DNA of 64,000 nucleotides from Bacteroidaceae bacterium (GCA_017617315.1 JAFZWM010000054.1:1-64000); one strand, 5' to 3'; shown: positions 50,692 through 61,654, numbered from the stretch's first letter. The notes: generated from the letters alone by a model not told the origin. Numbers and translations are program-made.

Positions 50692-50761
50692 ATTTTATTC
50701 AATCTTTTTAATTAACGAAAGTGATATCTGATAGCACTCTGTTCCTGCCGATTTATATAGG

Positions 50762-51050
50762 CTACCATGTCAACATATTCTCCTGAAAAGCGCACGCGCA
50801 AGCCTTCCTTCTTGAACTCGTCAGCAAGTTCCGTAGAATATACTCCATCACGCCATCAACAGAGCCTGGAACAGGAACGCGCAAATACCAGCTTTTGAAA
50901 TATTTGTAAAAACACACTTCGCCCTCTTGATTTTCAATCTTCCCGACTGAAACATATTCTTTCAGATCGTCATCGCCACATCCTGCAACGCAAACAGTTC
51001 CGGCCAGCAGAGACAGAGAACACAAAAATACAATGATATTTTTCTCATTT
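50762..51050 (-). pseudogene. small lipoprotein gene disrupted by frameshifts (at least one in a T5 run)
   Basis: ATG frame gives MRKISLYFCVLCLC... and stops after 28 codons. The -1 frame continues as ...CSLSLLAGTVCVAGCGDDDLKEY... (lipobox). Inserting one T in tatttttgtg would fuse them into MRKISLYFLCSLSLLAGTVCVAGC. Near the 3' end a second frame reads protein-like (...STELADEFKKEGLRVRFSGEYVDMVAYINRQEQSAIRYHFR*). Confidence 0.45.
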
Positions 51051-51275
51051 TTTAATTAAAATTTAACAAAGTCTTCAAGCACACTCTAAATGTGTGAATA
51101 TTTACGCTGCAAATATACAAATAAAGCAATAATTACGGCAGTACGAAATATGTAAATATCATTATCAAAACACATTGTTTTAACAAAGGTTTCTGTAACA
51201 AATGCCGAAGGAAACACAAAAAAAGGCTGCACCAATCAAGATGCAGCCTTTTTGTATTATTGCTGAAGTCCGATT

Positions 51276-53594
51276 TTATCGGCCAACGTATTTCTTGCCG
51301 TTCATGATGTAAACCTCGCCTTTGGCCGGGTTCTGGATTCTGCGACCGCTAAGATTGTACTTTACGCCGTTTTCGACTGTCTTTATAGGGGCAGAAACGG
51401 CGGTTGTTGTGTTGGCTGTGAAAATCTTCACGCCGTGAACATACAGATTGCCAGTAGCCGCGTTTGTAATCTGAACATATTTTGGTGAGCCTGTGAGAGA
51501 GAAACTCTCGTCGTACTCGCCCTTCTTCTTTTCTGAATAACTGCCCTGCTCCTTCAGGTTATCCATGCTGTCGCCGGCCAGAATCTTTCCGGAAAGCGAG
51601 CCTGTGCGGAAGAGCAGGAATGAAATCTGTTCTATGCCGTCGGCGCAGTAGAATGTTGCCTTTCCGGCTGACTTCTGAAGAACGAGCGCACCGCTCTTTG
51701 TATCGTCGGTTGCAGTGGCATCGGCCGAATAAGAGGCGCTTTCGAGAGCAATTGCGCCGTCGGCAATAAACAGCTTCGTCTTGCTGTCGTTTGTGGCATT
51801 GAACCAATAGTAACCGCCATCGGCACCGCCAAGGAAGAGGCTTACATCGGTGTTTGACGAAGAGCCGCCGCCAACATATCCCGGCACATAGTCGGCATTC
51901 TTAACGGCATCGCCTCCCGAGCGGTCGCCCTCGGCATATCCGCCGTTGCTAACCTCGGCCGGCAATGTTGAGTCGAAGAAGCCTACCAACGATGATTTGT
52001 AGTCCTCAACCTCCTTCTTCAGCTTGCTGATAACGGCGTAGTTCTCGTCCTCAACGGCATTGTTGAACTGCCACTTGAAGTCGCCCTGTCCCATGCGTCC
52101 GGCCTTGGCCATAACTATCTCAGGAACGTTTTCGGCCTCGTCGGCAACATAAGCGTATGCCAGAGTTCCGTCGGTATCGTAGTTAAGGTAAGAAGTTGCG
52201 CCATCCTTGCACACAACGGTCGAAGGAACGGCTTCAGAAGCCGCCTTAACCTCGTAGGCATCCCAGTCGTAAGCCGAAGCGTTTGCATCGCTGTAGAAGT
52301 TGCATCGCTTGGCGTTTACAATCTTGTTGGCGAACGACTTGATAACGCCTCCAGGCTCGTCGGAGAATGTGCCGCTGCCTTTTGCATCTGTGCCTTGAAG
52401 CGAGATGAGCATAGGATACTTGCAGTTGCGGAAGTAGTTCTTCTCTACGAAGGCCGAGCCGCCCGATGTCATTCCGACGCCATACTTTGAGTTTCCGTCG
52501 AAATAGTTGTTGTAAATATGGAAATAAGATGTGCGGATGCGCGGATGACGCGAATCTGAATGGTCGAACCAGTTGTGATGATATGTAAGCACGCTGCTTG
52601 TAACCTCGCCGCTCATGCCTCCGAGCGAGCACTTGCCGCTATCGAAGAAATGGTTGTAAGCCACGGTGATGTAGGTTGACTTTCCCTTAACGTCGACCGT
52701 TCCGTCGCCCTTTGCCTGATCGGAGTCGCCGCCTGTCTTTCCGTAGAAGAAATCCATGTTGTGAATCCAGACGTGCTGGTTGTCGGTATCGAGCGACAGG
52801 GCATCGTCCAGAAAGTTCATTACGGCGAAGTTTCTGAACTCTACGTTCCGGACTGCTCTGGCAAGGATTCCGAAGCCCCATATTGTGGCATCATCGCCAA
52901 TGCCCTCGATTGTCATGTTGAAATCGTTAGAGCCGTTGTTCTTCACCTGAAGACCCTCAGCCGAAGAAGATATATGGTCGAGGTCGGCAAGCTTTACCGT
53001 TCCGATGATTCGGAATGTGATTGGAGTAGAGTCCTTGCCCTTCATGTATGTATCGAGGATTGTCTGCCAGCCCACGCACTCGGTTGTAGTGCCCTTCTTA
53101 CTGTCGGTAATAACCTTGCATTTTACCGTCTTGGCATTGTTGGCGTAGATGTATACGACGCGCGCGCCATCCTTCAGCGTTCCGTCGTTCTTGTACGCGC
53201 CAACGCCGTTGCTCACGCCCTGATGGGCAAAGCCAGCCCTGTCGTATGCAGTGGCTGTGAACAGCTCGCTCTCCGATGCCAGAGTCTCATCCTCGCCGTT
53301 GCTGCCTACCGGCACGACCTTGAACTTATATGTTCCGGCAGCAAGACCAACCATGTCGGCACGACCGTAAGAGCCGTAGTTGCGCACAAGCTCATTGTCT
53401 ACCTTTGTCCAGTCGGAAGCATCGCTTGCCTTATAAAAGACGCTGTATCCGGAAACGTTAGGGAGCAGCTTCCATGTAACGTAACCACTCTCGAACCAGC
53501 CCTGCGTCTTGATAATCTCGACAGCCGCATCTGCGTTAAGGCTGAATAGCGACAGCATCAATCCTGCCGCAACCCTTAAAATTGCTTTCTTCAT
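51276..53594 (-). CDS. secreted pectate lyase, family PL1
   Basis: Start at the ATG at 53594 (MKKAILRVAAGLMLSLFSLNADA). PL1 motifs ...HVWIHNMDF... and HSDSRHPRIRTSYFHIYNNYF (vWiDH / RxPxxR). Confidence 0.8.
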   Translation of the reverse strand: MKKAILRVAAGLMLSLFSLNADAAVEIIKTQGWFESGYVTWKLLPNVSGYSVFYKASDASDWTKVDNELVRNYGSYGRADMVGLAAGTYKFKVVPVGSNGEDETLASESELFTATAYDRAGFAHQGVSNGVGAYKNDGTLKDGARVVYIYANNAKTVKCKVITDSKKGTTTECVGWQTILDTYMKGKDSTPITFRIIGTVKLADLDHISSSAEGLQVKNNGSNDFNMTIEGIGDDATIWGFGILARAVRNVEFRNFAVMNFLDDALSLDTDNQHVWIHNMDFFYGKTGGDSDQAKGDGTVDVKGKSTYITVAYNHFFDSGKCSLGGMSGEVTSSVLTYHHNWFDHSDSRHPRIRTSYFHIYNNYFDGNSKYGVGMTSGGSAFVEKNYFRNCKYPMLISLQGTDAKGSGTFSDEPGGVIKSFANKIVNAKRCNFYSDANASAYDWDAYEVKAASEAVPSTVVCKDGATSYLNYDTDGTLAYAYVADEAENVPEIVMAKAGRMGQGDFKWQFNNAVEDENYAVISKLKKEVEDYKSSLVGFFDSTLPAEVSNGGYAEGDRSGGDAVKNADYVPGYVGGGSSSNTDVSLFLGGADGGYYWFNATNDSKTKLFIADGAIALESASYSADATATDDTKSGALVLQKSAGKATFYCADGIEQISFLLFRTGSLSGKILAGDSMDNLKEQGSYSEKKKGEYDESFSLTGSPKYVQITNAATGNLYVHGVKIFTANTTTAVSAPIKTVENGVKYNLSGRRIQNPAKGEVYIMNGKKYVGR

Positions 53595-54031
53595 TTTTAG
53601 TGTTTTGTTAGATTTGTTTTTGTTGAATCTCTGACAAATGATTTTATCGTTTTCGTACACAAAGAAAAAACATTATTGTCAGAAATGCAAGATTTAGGCA
53701 AAAGAAATAACATTTTTTAACCTTAGCAGTCCTTCGGAACAGTTGAAGAAGCAAGACTCATCAAAAAACAAGATTTTCTGCCGATGCACATGCAAGAAAG
53801 AATATAGCATCATGTACGCAAATTCCAAGCCACACAGTTGCTTCAGAATGGTGCTATCCATGCCAATGGCAGATGAATTTCTATGGATAAAAACAATATT
53901 ATGACATAAAAAACAAGACTCTATTATTTTTCATTTTTTCAACAAAGAAATTTTTATTCTATACCAAATATTAGTGATTACAAGCCGGTAAATCGCTAAA
54001 ATTAGTGATTGTGTATACAAAATCACAGTGA

Positions 54032-54039
54032 TATCTTTG
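54032..54039 (+). promoter_or_regulatory. -7 box (TAtcTTTG) upstream of the truncated SusC-like gene
   Basis: Consensus match 44 bp before the start. Confidence 0.45.
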
Positions 54040-54082
54040 CATCCGTTTTTTAAGAAACAGCATTTTTATTGTATTAGAGTTA

Positions 54083-55540
54083 ATGAAAGTTTGTTGCTTA
54101 GTAATGTACTTATTGTGTAGTCTTTCTGTTTCTGTGTTTGCACAGAATAACAAACAGAAGATTACGGGAACTGTGTATAACGAAAATAAAGAGCCTTTGC
54201 CCGGAGTTGTTGTAAGAATAAACAATACGGCACAGACAACAACCGACGGCGACGGCAAATATGCCATTGTCGGGAAATGGAATGCAGACGAAAAGATTGA
54301 GTTCGCCTACATTGGCTATCGCACGCGCTCGTTTGCCACCGGAAACCGCAAGATTCTGAACGTAACGATGAAAGAGGGTCTGATAGAACTCGACGGCTGC
54401 ATTGTTACAGCAAAGACAAACATTAATGCAATAGACTTGCGTGCAAAGTCGGGAGTGATTGAAAGCGTTGACATGAAGCGCGTAGAATCCAAGCCGATGA
54501 TAGACTTTGCCTTGTCGCTTCAAGGACAGATTCCCGGTCTTGTCGTAACAAACACGGGCGAACTCGGTTCAAATCCCGAAATCAGAATAAGAGGAAACTC
54601 ATCACTCCGCAAGGGAAATACCACAAACGAGCCATTGTATGTGCTCGACGGACAAGTCATAAGTGCAGATGCGTTCTACAACCTAACTCCTTCGGACATA
54701 AAAAGCATAAAAGTACTGAAAGATGCCGCCGCATGCGCACTCTACGGAACAAAAGCTGCCAACGGAGTTCTTGAAATATCATCGCAACGCGGTTACAACG
54801 GTACAAAAACGGTAAACTATTCGGCCAACATCGGCATAACGGCAAGAGGACGAAGAGGCGTGAAAATGATGAAATCGGCCGAGAAACTTGAACTTGAACG
54901 CCTTCTTCAGAATCCCGAGACTCCCGGTTATAGGTACAGTGCAGACTTCTACAACAAATACTACTCAGACGATCCTAATCTGGAAACTCTCATAGCCGAG
55001 GGCGAAGAACTTCTGAACATTCTGCGCAATACCAATACAGACTGGTTCGAAGAACTACTCCACACTAACGTCTACCAGAGCCACAACCTTAGTCTGAAAG
55101 GCGGAAACGGTGAGACATCATATTATGTTTCAAGCAACTACGCCTATCAGGGCGGCCGAATTGAAGGCAACGATAAACAACGCATGGGCGTAAGGCTGAA
55201 TCTCGACCATAAACTTGGAACAAAAGGCTATCTGATGATGAGCATGATGAAGAAAAACGCCCATCCCGAATTCATGGCGCAGTCGCAGGCTCTGAAAGAT
55301 GCCACTATGGCGTGGAACATCTCAAAACACAAGAATTACCTCATCGTACACTTCAACGGCAACTATCACACCGATGGCGGCGACGGCATCATTCCTTATC
55401 TACAAACTTATTGGAAAGGAGTGAAATTCAAGTCAATCTGTTCTGTTAGACAAGAGAATATAAACCAACTTGACGAATGTAACATCGGTCGCGCCGATTT
55501 CTACATCTGCGTTCCCGAAGATATGGTTACTACATATTGA
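54083..55540 (+). pseudogene. truncated SusC/RagA-like TonB-dependent receptor (N-terminal about 400 aa only)
   Basis: Signal peptide, carboxypeptidase-regulatory-like domain (TGTVYNENKEPLPGVVVRI), TonB box/plug (PLYVLDGQVI...IKSIKVLKDAAACALYGTKAANGVLEI). Ends at 485 aa whereas family members are about 1000 aa. No SusD follows. Confidence 0.6.
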
Positions 55541-55799
55541 CAAGTCCCTTCTGGAAACAGAAAATCCATCATTTTATGTGGTGGATTTTTTTATCCCAAA
55601 TCGATCGTTAGGATATCTTTTTTGTATGGTCTTCTTTGTAATTATCCGTAAATAAAGTCTCTGAGAGATGAAACTTTCTAAGGACAACCATTAGAATTTT
55701 TCATTAATTAATATCCCATTTTTTTACGTTTTTACCAGACACACAACGCATTTTACAGCTTCTAATGAGCGATTTTGTTTATAATATTGTTTGCAGCGA

Positions 55800-56233
55800 A
55801 TTCAACCGACTTTATTCAATTGTCCTTTGTCAATTCAGACCCTTGTCTCCGGATTTTCAAATTTCAAGCGAATTGTCCCCAATTGTGAATTTGCTTTGGC
55901 TTGCTTCCCCGTACCTACTCCGTAGCTACCCCGTTCCTTCCGGCTTGCTTCTCCCTTACCATCGCCTTACTATCGGCTTACCAGAACGTACCCTGAACGA
56001 ACCTTGCGGCTTGCTTCCCCGTAACTTGAACGAAGTTTGAGCGTAACTTCCCTCATAATACATTGTAAGGTTGCGGTTTTGCAACCGCAACCTTACAACA
56101 TTCAATTCCAAGCTTTAAAAACAATTCATCATTCAATTAATAATTGACAATTATGAAAAAGAATTTTCGATTATCAAAACATTGTCAATTTGTCAATTCA
56201 AAATATTTGTCCATTGTCAACTGTCAATCGTCT
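55800..56233. repeat. repeat-rich non-coding scar: clustered (A)TTGTCAA(T/C) motifs, repeated ggcttgcttccccgta, and a 15-bp perfect palindrome
   Basis: ATTGTCAA-like motif at least 7 times (55818, 55828, 55871, 56146 reverse-complement, 56190, 56199, 56213, 56222). Palindrome tgtaaggttgcggtt...aaccgcaaccttaca at 56064-56097. ggcttgcttccccgta at 55898 and 56008. Confidence 0.7.
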
Positions 56234-57139
56234 CTATTTCTGTGCAGTAAGAGGCTTGTCTGCCTTCAAAAAGCCGTACTGAGCGATAAAATTCTGACCC
56301 TCAGTCGAAGCCCATGCAGCAAATTTCAGCAACTCGCTGTTGTCTGTGTTTATGTTGATGCTGCCTGTCGGAAGACTTGTGTGCGGAATCTTCTCGAGAT
56401 AGGCTGTAAGATTGTCGAGGCTGGCAATGGCTGAACGCTCGGCCTCATCTACCTTGCCGTTGCCGTCGAGGTCGGTTGGCAGAACCGTAAGGCCAACAAT
56501 AGGTTTGTGCGTGTTGGCATCGTAAACAAGGCTTGCCACGTTGAAAGCAATGGCGTCAGAATGACTCTTTACAGCCGATATAAGGCTTTCTTCGCTGCCA
56601 ACAATCTTCTTGCCCTTAACGCGGTTTGGCGTAACGCTCAGTTCCTTGGCAACGATGGCTGTTGTAATCGACTGTCTGCCTGTGAGCGAATATACCGTGC
56701 CCGGAAGTTTCTTCTTCTCTTCAAAATCATCGTCGATATCATCGGTAATGTCGCGTTCAACAAAAATCTGATGCTTTAGTTTGTTATCCAAACCCTTGGC
56801 GAGTTTCTTGTTTCGCAGAATCTCGTTTTCTGAATTTGCTATCGGAATGATGGCGAAGCGGCCAATACTGTTTACGCTTGCCGTCTGCTCCGAGATACTT
56901 ACCGTGGCATCGGCCTGCTCGCGAGTCTTTACGACAGTAGCCGAGAACTGTGGATTTACCTTTCCGTATTCTGTTATCAGTCTTTCCAGCATCTGACGGG
57001 TGAATTGGGCATCATTCACATTTATCTGGAATGTCTGTGCATGTGCCATCACAAAGGAATAGCACATCATGCCTGCAAGCAATAGCTTAGAAACCATTCT
57101 TCTTGTCTCTCTTGTTTTTTGAATCTCGTTATTCCTCAT
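56234..57139 (-). CDS. periplasmic substrate-binding-domain protein (PstS/phosphate-binding-like)
   Basis: Start set at an internal Met (MRNNEIQ...MVSKLLLAGMMCYSFVMAHAQ signal) because the minus-strand -7 box (plus caaaagta at 57190-57197) lies downstream of the first ATG. Type II PBP-like alpha/beta pattern. Assignment tentative. Confidence 0.4.
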   Translation of the reverse strand: MRNNEIQKTRETRRMVSKLLLAGMMCYSFVMAHAQTFQINVNDAQFTRQMLERLITEYGKVNPQFSATVVKTREQADATVSISEQTASVNSIGRFAIIPIANSENEILRNKKLAKGLDNKLKHQIFVERDITDDIDDDFEEKKKLPGTVYSLTGRQSITTAIVAKELSVTPNRVKGKKIVGSEESLISAVKSHSDAIAFNVASLVYDANTHKPIVGLTVLPTDLDGNGKVDEAERSAIASLDNLTAYLEKIPHTSLPTGSININTDNSELLKFAAWASTEGQNFIAQYGFLKADKPLTAQK

Positions 57140-57388
57140 AATTTCAACCGTTTTTTGTTTAACAAATATTAGCGTTATTTCGATTTTGCAAAAGTATAGG
57201 GTTTTACGGGGTCGTGAAATCCAAGAAACATGGCATTTCTCATACCACATTTATGGTATATGGCAGATTTTTCGTAATAAATGATGCTGATATGTACGCA
57301 TTTATTCAAAAAATTCGCAAAATTCACATATTTATTTAAAAATTGTATTACTTTTGTGCGCAAATGCTTTATAGGTAAAAAAGTAACC

Positions 57389-58333
57389 ATGACTTTCATA
57401 CAAACGTATACTAAACAAATCTTTAAATTATCATTATTGTTTCTGCTCTCCTCGTGCGGATGCGAGAAGGTTTACATGTACTCCGGTTTTAATGAGCCGG
57501 CGACCGACGGACTGCGCTACATTACGAGCAACGACGGAGTAAACTGGACGAGCATTGCCGGAACATGGCTCAAGCCCGAGGTTGGAAAGCAGAAGGTGAT
57601 GCGCGACCCTTCAATCATTCAAGGCCCCGACGGAACGTTCCACTTTGTGTGGACAACAAGCTGGCGATACGACAACACCATCGGATACGCATCGAGCAAA
57701 GACCTTATAAACTGGAGCGAGCAACGCGCCATTCCGGTGATGGAGAGCGAAAAAGACGTCGTAAACGTGTGGGCACCTGAACTTTTCTACGATGACGAGA
57801 AGGAGCAGTTCGTGATAGTGTGGGCATCGTGCATTCCGGGACGCTATCCGCGAGGAGTGGAAAGCGAGAAGAACAACCATCGGCTTTACTACTCTACCAC
57901 GAAGGATTTCAAAACCTTCAGCAAGCCCGAAATTATCTACGACCCGGGATTCAGCACAATCGACGCGACCATCGTGAAGCTGGCAAAAAAGAAATATGTG
58001 ATGGTGCTGAAAGACAATACCCGTCCGGCACGCAACCTCAGAGTGGCATTCGCCTCATCGCCCTACGGCCCTTACGGAGAACTTAGCGACTCACTTACTC
58101 ACAAGCTTACCGAAGGCCCAACGGTATCGAAAGCAATAAACGGCTACTACTACATATATTACGACGATTACTGCTATAACCGCTTCGGCGCACTAAAGAC
58201 AAAGGATTTCAAGACATTTGCCGATGCCACAAACGAAATCCACGTTCCGTCGCTGCACAAGCACGGCACGGTGTTCATGGCGCCAAAGAAGATTGTAAAA
58301 CGATTGATAGAGGATTCAAAGAAGAAAAGATGA
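57389..58333 (+). CDS. glycoside hydrolase family 43-like lipoprotein
   Basis: Start at the ATG at 57389 (MTFIQ...LLFLLSSCGC lipobox), after the TActTTTG box at about 57343. MRDPSIIQGPDGTFHFVWT (GH43-type catalytic Asp motif). Five-bladed propeller size. Confidence 0.65.
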   Translation: MTFIQTYTKQIFKLSLLFLLSSCGCEKVYMYSGFNEPATDGLRYITSNDGVNWTSIAGTWLKPEVGKQKVMRDPSIIQGPDGTFHFVWTTSWRYDNTIGYASSKDLINWSEQRAIPVMESEKDVVNVWAPELFYDDEKEQFVIVWASCIPGRYPRGVESEKNNHRLYYSTTKDFKTFSKPEIIYDPGFSTIDATIVKLAKKKYVMVLKDNTRPARNLRVAFASSPYGPYGELSDSLTHKLTEGPTVSKAINGYYYIYYDDYCYNRFGALKTKDFKTFADATNEIHVPSLHKHGTVFMAPKKIVKRLIEDSKKKR

Positions 58334-61300
58334 GTAAATTAGGATTCTTAATAGCTGCACTGATGATTGCATCGACAAGCATCGACGCACAGAAAAAAAT
58401 ACACTATACAGGAAGCGAGTGGGCCGACCCTTCGTCGCACGACGGACGGCTTGCCCCTGTGGTTGGAGCACACAACATTCAGGTTATGCGCGCCAACCGC
58501 GAAAAGCCATCGGCTGCCAACGGCAACGGATGGACATACAACCATCAGCCTATGCTTGCTTACTGGAACGGCAAATTCTACCTTCAGTATCTTGCCGACC
58601 CTGTGGGAGAGCACATTCCGCCGTCGCACACGCTGCTCATGACATCAGTTGACGGCTACAACTGGACTAACCCTACCGTGATCTTTCCAGAATACAAAGT
58701 GCCCGAAGGCTACACTAAAGAGACATACAAAGGCAAGGCGCACAACCTAATAGCCATAATGCACCAAAGAGTGGGATTCTACGTTGCCAAGAACGGAAAA
58801 CTTCTTACCATCGGCAACTACGGAGTGGCTCTCGACAAGAAAGACGACCCTAACGACGGCAACGGCATAGGCCGAGTGGTAAGGGAGATAAAGAAGGACG
58901 GCTCGTTCGGCCCGATATACTTCATTTATTACAATCACAACTTCAACGAGAAGAATACCGACTTCCCTAACTACAAGAAGGCGAAGGACAAGAAATTCAT
59001 TCAGGCCTGCAACGAACTGCTGGCAAACCCTCTGGCACGAATGCAGTGGGTTGAGGAGGCCGACAGAGACGAGCCTCTGATTCCGCTCCGTAAGCCGTAC
59101 AAGGCATTCAACTGGTACACGCTGCCCGACAACCGCATAGCCTGCCTGTGGAAGCACGCGCTGACAAGCATCAGCAGCGACGGCGGAAACACATGGAACG
59201 AGCCGGTAGAGCGCGCCAAGGGATTCGTAAACAGCAACGCAAAGATTTGGGGACAGCGTCTAAGCGACGGAATGTACGCAACCGTATACAATCCTTCGGA
59301 ATACAGATGGCCGCTGGCTATCTCGCTCAGCAGCGACGGATTGGAATACACCACGCTCAACCTCGTTCACGGCGAGATTACGCCAATGCGCTACGGCGGT
59401 AACTACAAGAGCTGCGGCCCTCAGTACACACGCGGCATTCAGGAGGGCAACGGAGTGCCTTACGACAAGAATCTGTGGGTAACTTACAGCGTAAACAAAG
59501 AGGATATATGGGTGAGCCGCGTGCCCGTGCCCGTCCGTCTGAAGGCAACGGCACACTGCAACGACAACTTCGCATCTTACAAGACCGTTGCCGACATGAC
59601 CGACTGGAACATCTACTCGCCAATATGGGCTCCCGTTTCGCTGAAAAACGGCTCTCTGGTGATGCAAGACCAAGACCCGTTCGACATGGCAAAGGTAGAG
59701 CGCGTTATCCCAAGCACCCGCGAACTTGATTTCAGCATAAAGATGAAGGCTGAACAGACAACTGCGCCTTTCATCATCGAGTTTCAAGACGAGAGAGGCA
59801 TTGCCGGAAGCCGAATAGAACTGTCGCCCGACGGAAAGATTCTGGCAAAGGGCGGCGCACGATACTCTACTATCGGACAATACGAGGCTGGCAAGGAGAT
59901 TGAACTGGACATTCATCTTACCACCATCGACCGCAACATCGCCATATATCACAAGGGCGAGAGAATCGGCCTCAGAATGCTCTACGCTCCAATCCGCAGC
60001 GTGAGCCGTATCGTGTTCCGCACAGGCGCACGATTCGCCGAGCCAACCATCGACACACCGGCCGACAGAGACACCGATCTTCCGCGCGCCGGAGAGAACG
60101 ATCCTCTGGCTTCGTTCATAATCTCCGAGGTTAAGACTGCCGACACCGAAGCCGCCAAGAGCCTCGGCAATGCGGCAATCCTACGCGCATCGGACTACAA
60201 GCACTACGTCGATTACTTCAACACGATGGAGGCCGAGGCCGACAGCAATCAGCAGGCAATACCGAACAGCGAGGCATGGGCGTGGATGAACGAGAATGTT
60301 CCACTGTTCGAATGTTCGGACAAGAGCCTTCAGGAGATGTACTATTACCGCTGGTGGACTCTGCGCAAGCACATCTGCCAGACCGATGGCGGCTACGGTA
60401 TGACGGAATTTCTTGTAAAGCGCAGCTATTCAGACAAATGGAATCTGATTGCATGCGCCGTAGGTCATCACATAATGGAGAGCCGCTGGCTTCGCAATCC
60501 TAAGTATCTCGACGGAATTATCCGCACTTGGTATCACGGCAACGAGGGCAAGCCGATGGCAAAGATGATGAATTTCAGTTCGTGGAATCCGTATGCCATC
60601 TACCAGCGCTATCTCGTTGACGGAAAGAAGGATTCGCTTCTTGCAAAGCGCAAGGACCTGACCGACGAATACTACCGTTGGGAGCGCACTCACCGACGCA
60701 GCAACGGCTTGTACTGGCAGGGCGATGTTCAGGACGGAATGGAAGAAAGCATAAGCGGCGGACGCCGAAAGAAATACGCTCGCCCAACCATCAACAGCTA
60801 CATGTACGGCAACGCGTGGGCTCTGGAGCAGATGGCTAACCTTGCAAGCGATGATGCCAGCGCAAAGCTCTTCTGCCAGAAGGCCGATACAATTCAGAAT
60901 CTGATAAATACAAAGCTTTGGAGCACAAAACTGCATTTTTACGAGACTTCGAGAATCGACTCGCTTGCAGGCGTTCGCGAGGCAATAGGATATCTGCCTT
61001 GGTATGTAAACATGACCATTCCAGACAGTTGCAACGTAGCTTGGAAGCAGATTGATGACGAAAGCGGTTTCTCTGCTCCGTTCGGCCTTACAACCGCCGA
61101 GCGCCGCCACCCAAAGTTCCGCACTCACGGCGTTGGCAAATGCGAGTGGGACGGCGCAATATGGCCTTTCGCATCGGCACAGACGCTCACGGCATTGGCA
61201 AATGCCCTGAACTCGTCGGCAAAGATGCCTGAGGGCATTGGCAAGCAGACATTCTACAAGCAGATGAAACTGTATGTCGAGAGCCAGTATCGTCGTGGCA

Positions 61301-61650
61301 GACCTTACATCGGCGAGTATCTCGACGAAAAGACTGGACGATGGCTGAAGGACGACCAACTGCGCAGTTTCTACTACAACCACAGCACATTCAACGACCT
61401 TGTCATCACCGGCATCGTGGGCTTGCGTCCGGCCGAAGGCACATCGTTCGTGGTCAATCCACTGATTACAGCCGACGCGCTCGATTACTTCTGCCTCGAC
61501 AACGTTCTGTATCACGGCCACATCGTAACGGTTATTTGGGACAAGAACGGCTCAAGATATCATCAGGGAAAGGGTCTCAGCGTGATGATTGACGGCAAGA
61601 AAGCAGCCTCATCAACATCGCTCAATCCGCTTACCTGCGTAATAAAATAA
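58330..61650 (+). CDS. large secreted two-domain glycoside-hydrolase-like protein (N-terminal BNR/sialidase-like propeller plus C-terminal (alpha/alpha)6 six-hairpin glycosidase-like domain)
   Basis: 1106 aa. Signal peptide. ATGA overlap with the upstream GH43 gene. C-terminal half rich in W/Y with acidic catalytic-like clusters typical of six-hairpin glycosidases (GH63/GH78/GH37-like). Exact family not resolved. Confidence 0.5.
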   Translation: MSKLGFLIAALMIASTSIDAQKKIHYTGSEWADPSSHDGRLAPVVGAHNIQVMRANREKPSAANGNGWTYNHQPMLAYWNGKFYLQYLADPVGEHIPPSHTLLMTSVDGYNWTNPTVIFPEYKVPEGYTKETYKGKAHNLIAIMHQRVGFYVAKNGKLLTIGNYGVALDKKDDPNDGNGIGRVVREIKKDGSFGPIYFIYYNHNFNEKNTDFPNYKKAKDKKFIQACNELLANPLARMQWVEEADRDEPLIPLRKPYKAFNWYTLPDNRIACLWKHALTSISSDGGNTWNEPVERAKGFVNSNAKIWGQRLSDGMYATVYNPSEYRWPLAISLSSDGLEYTTLNLVHGEITPMRYGGNYKSCGPQYTRGIQEGNGVPYDKNLWVTYSVNKEDIWVSRVPVPVRLKATAHCNDNFASYKTVADMTDWNIYSPIWAPVSLKNGSLVMQDQDPFDMAKVERVIPSTRELDFSIKMKAEQTTAPFIIEFQDERGIAGSRIELSPDGKILAKGGARYSTIGQYEAGKEIELDIHLTTIDRNIAIYHKGERIGLRMLYAPIRSVSRIVFRTGARFAEPTIDTPADRDTDLPRAGENDPLASFIISEVKTADTEAAKSLGNAAILRASDYKHYVDYFNTMEAEADSNQQAIPNSEAWAWMNENVPLFECSDKSLQEMYYYRWWTLRKHICQTDGGYGMTEFLVKRSYSDKWNLIACAVGHHIMESRWLRNPKYLDGIIRTWYHGNEGKPMAKMMNFSSWNPYAIYQRYLVDGKKDSLLAKRKDLTDEYYRWERTHRRSNGLYWQGDVQDGMEESISGGRRKKYARPTINSYMYGNAWALEQMANLASDDASAKLFCQKADTIQNLINTKLWSTKLHFYETSRIDSLAGVREAIGYLPWYVNMTIPDSCNVAWKQIDDESGFSAPFGLTTAERRHPKFRTHGVGKCEWDGAIWPFASAQTLTALANALNSSAKMPEGIGKQTFYKQMKLYVESQYRRGRPYIGEYLDEKTGRWLKDDQLRSFYYNHSTFNDLVITGIVGLRPAEGTSFVVNPLITADALDYFCLDNVLYHGHIVTVIWDKNGSRYHQGKGLSVMIDGKKAASSTSLNPLTCVIK

Positions 61651-61654
61651 GGAA

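Noticed and set aside
52761-53549. 262-aa plus-strand ORF
   Set aside because: Antisense to the PL1 pectate lyase gene.
59260-61521. 230-aa and 363-aa minus-strand ORFs
   Set aside because: Antisense to the 1106-aa glycosidase gene, with Arg/Ala/Val-rich shadow composition.
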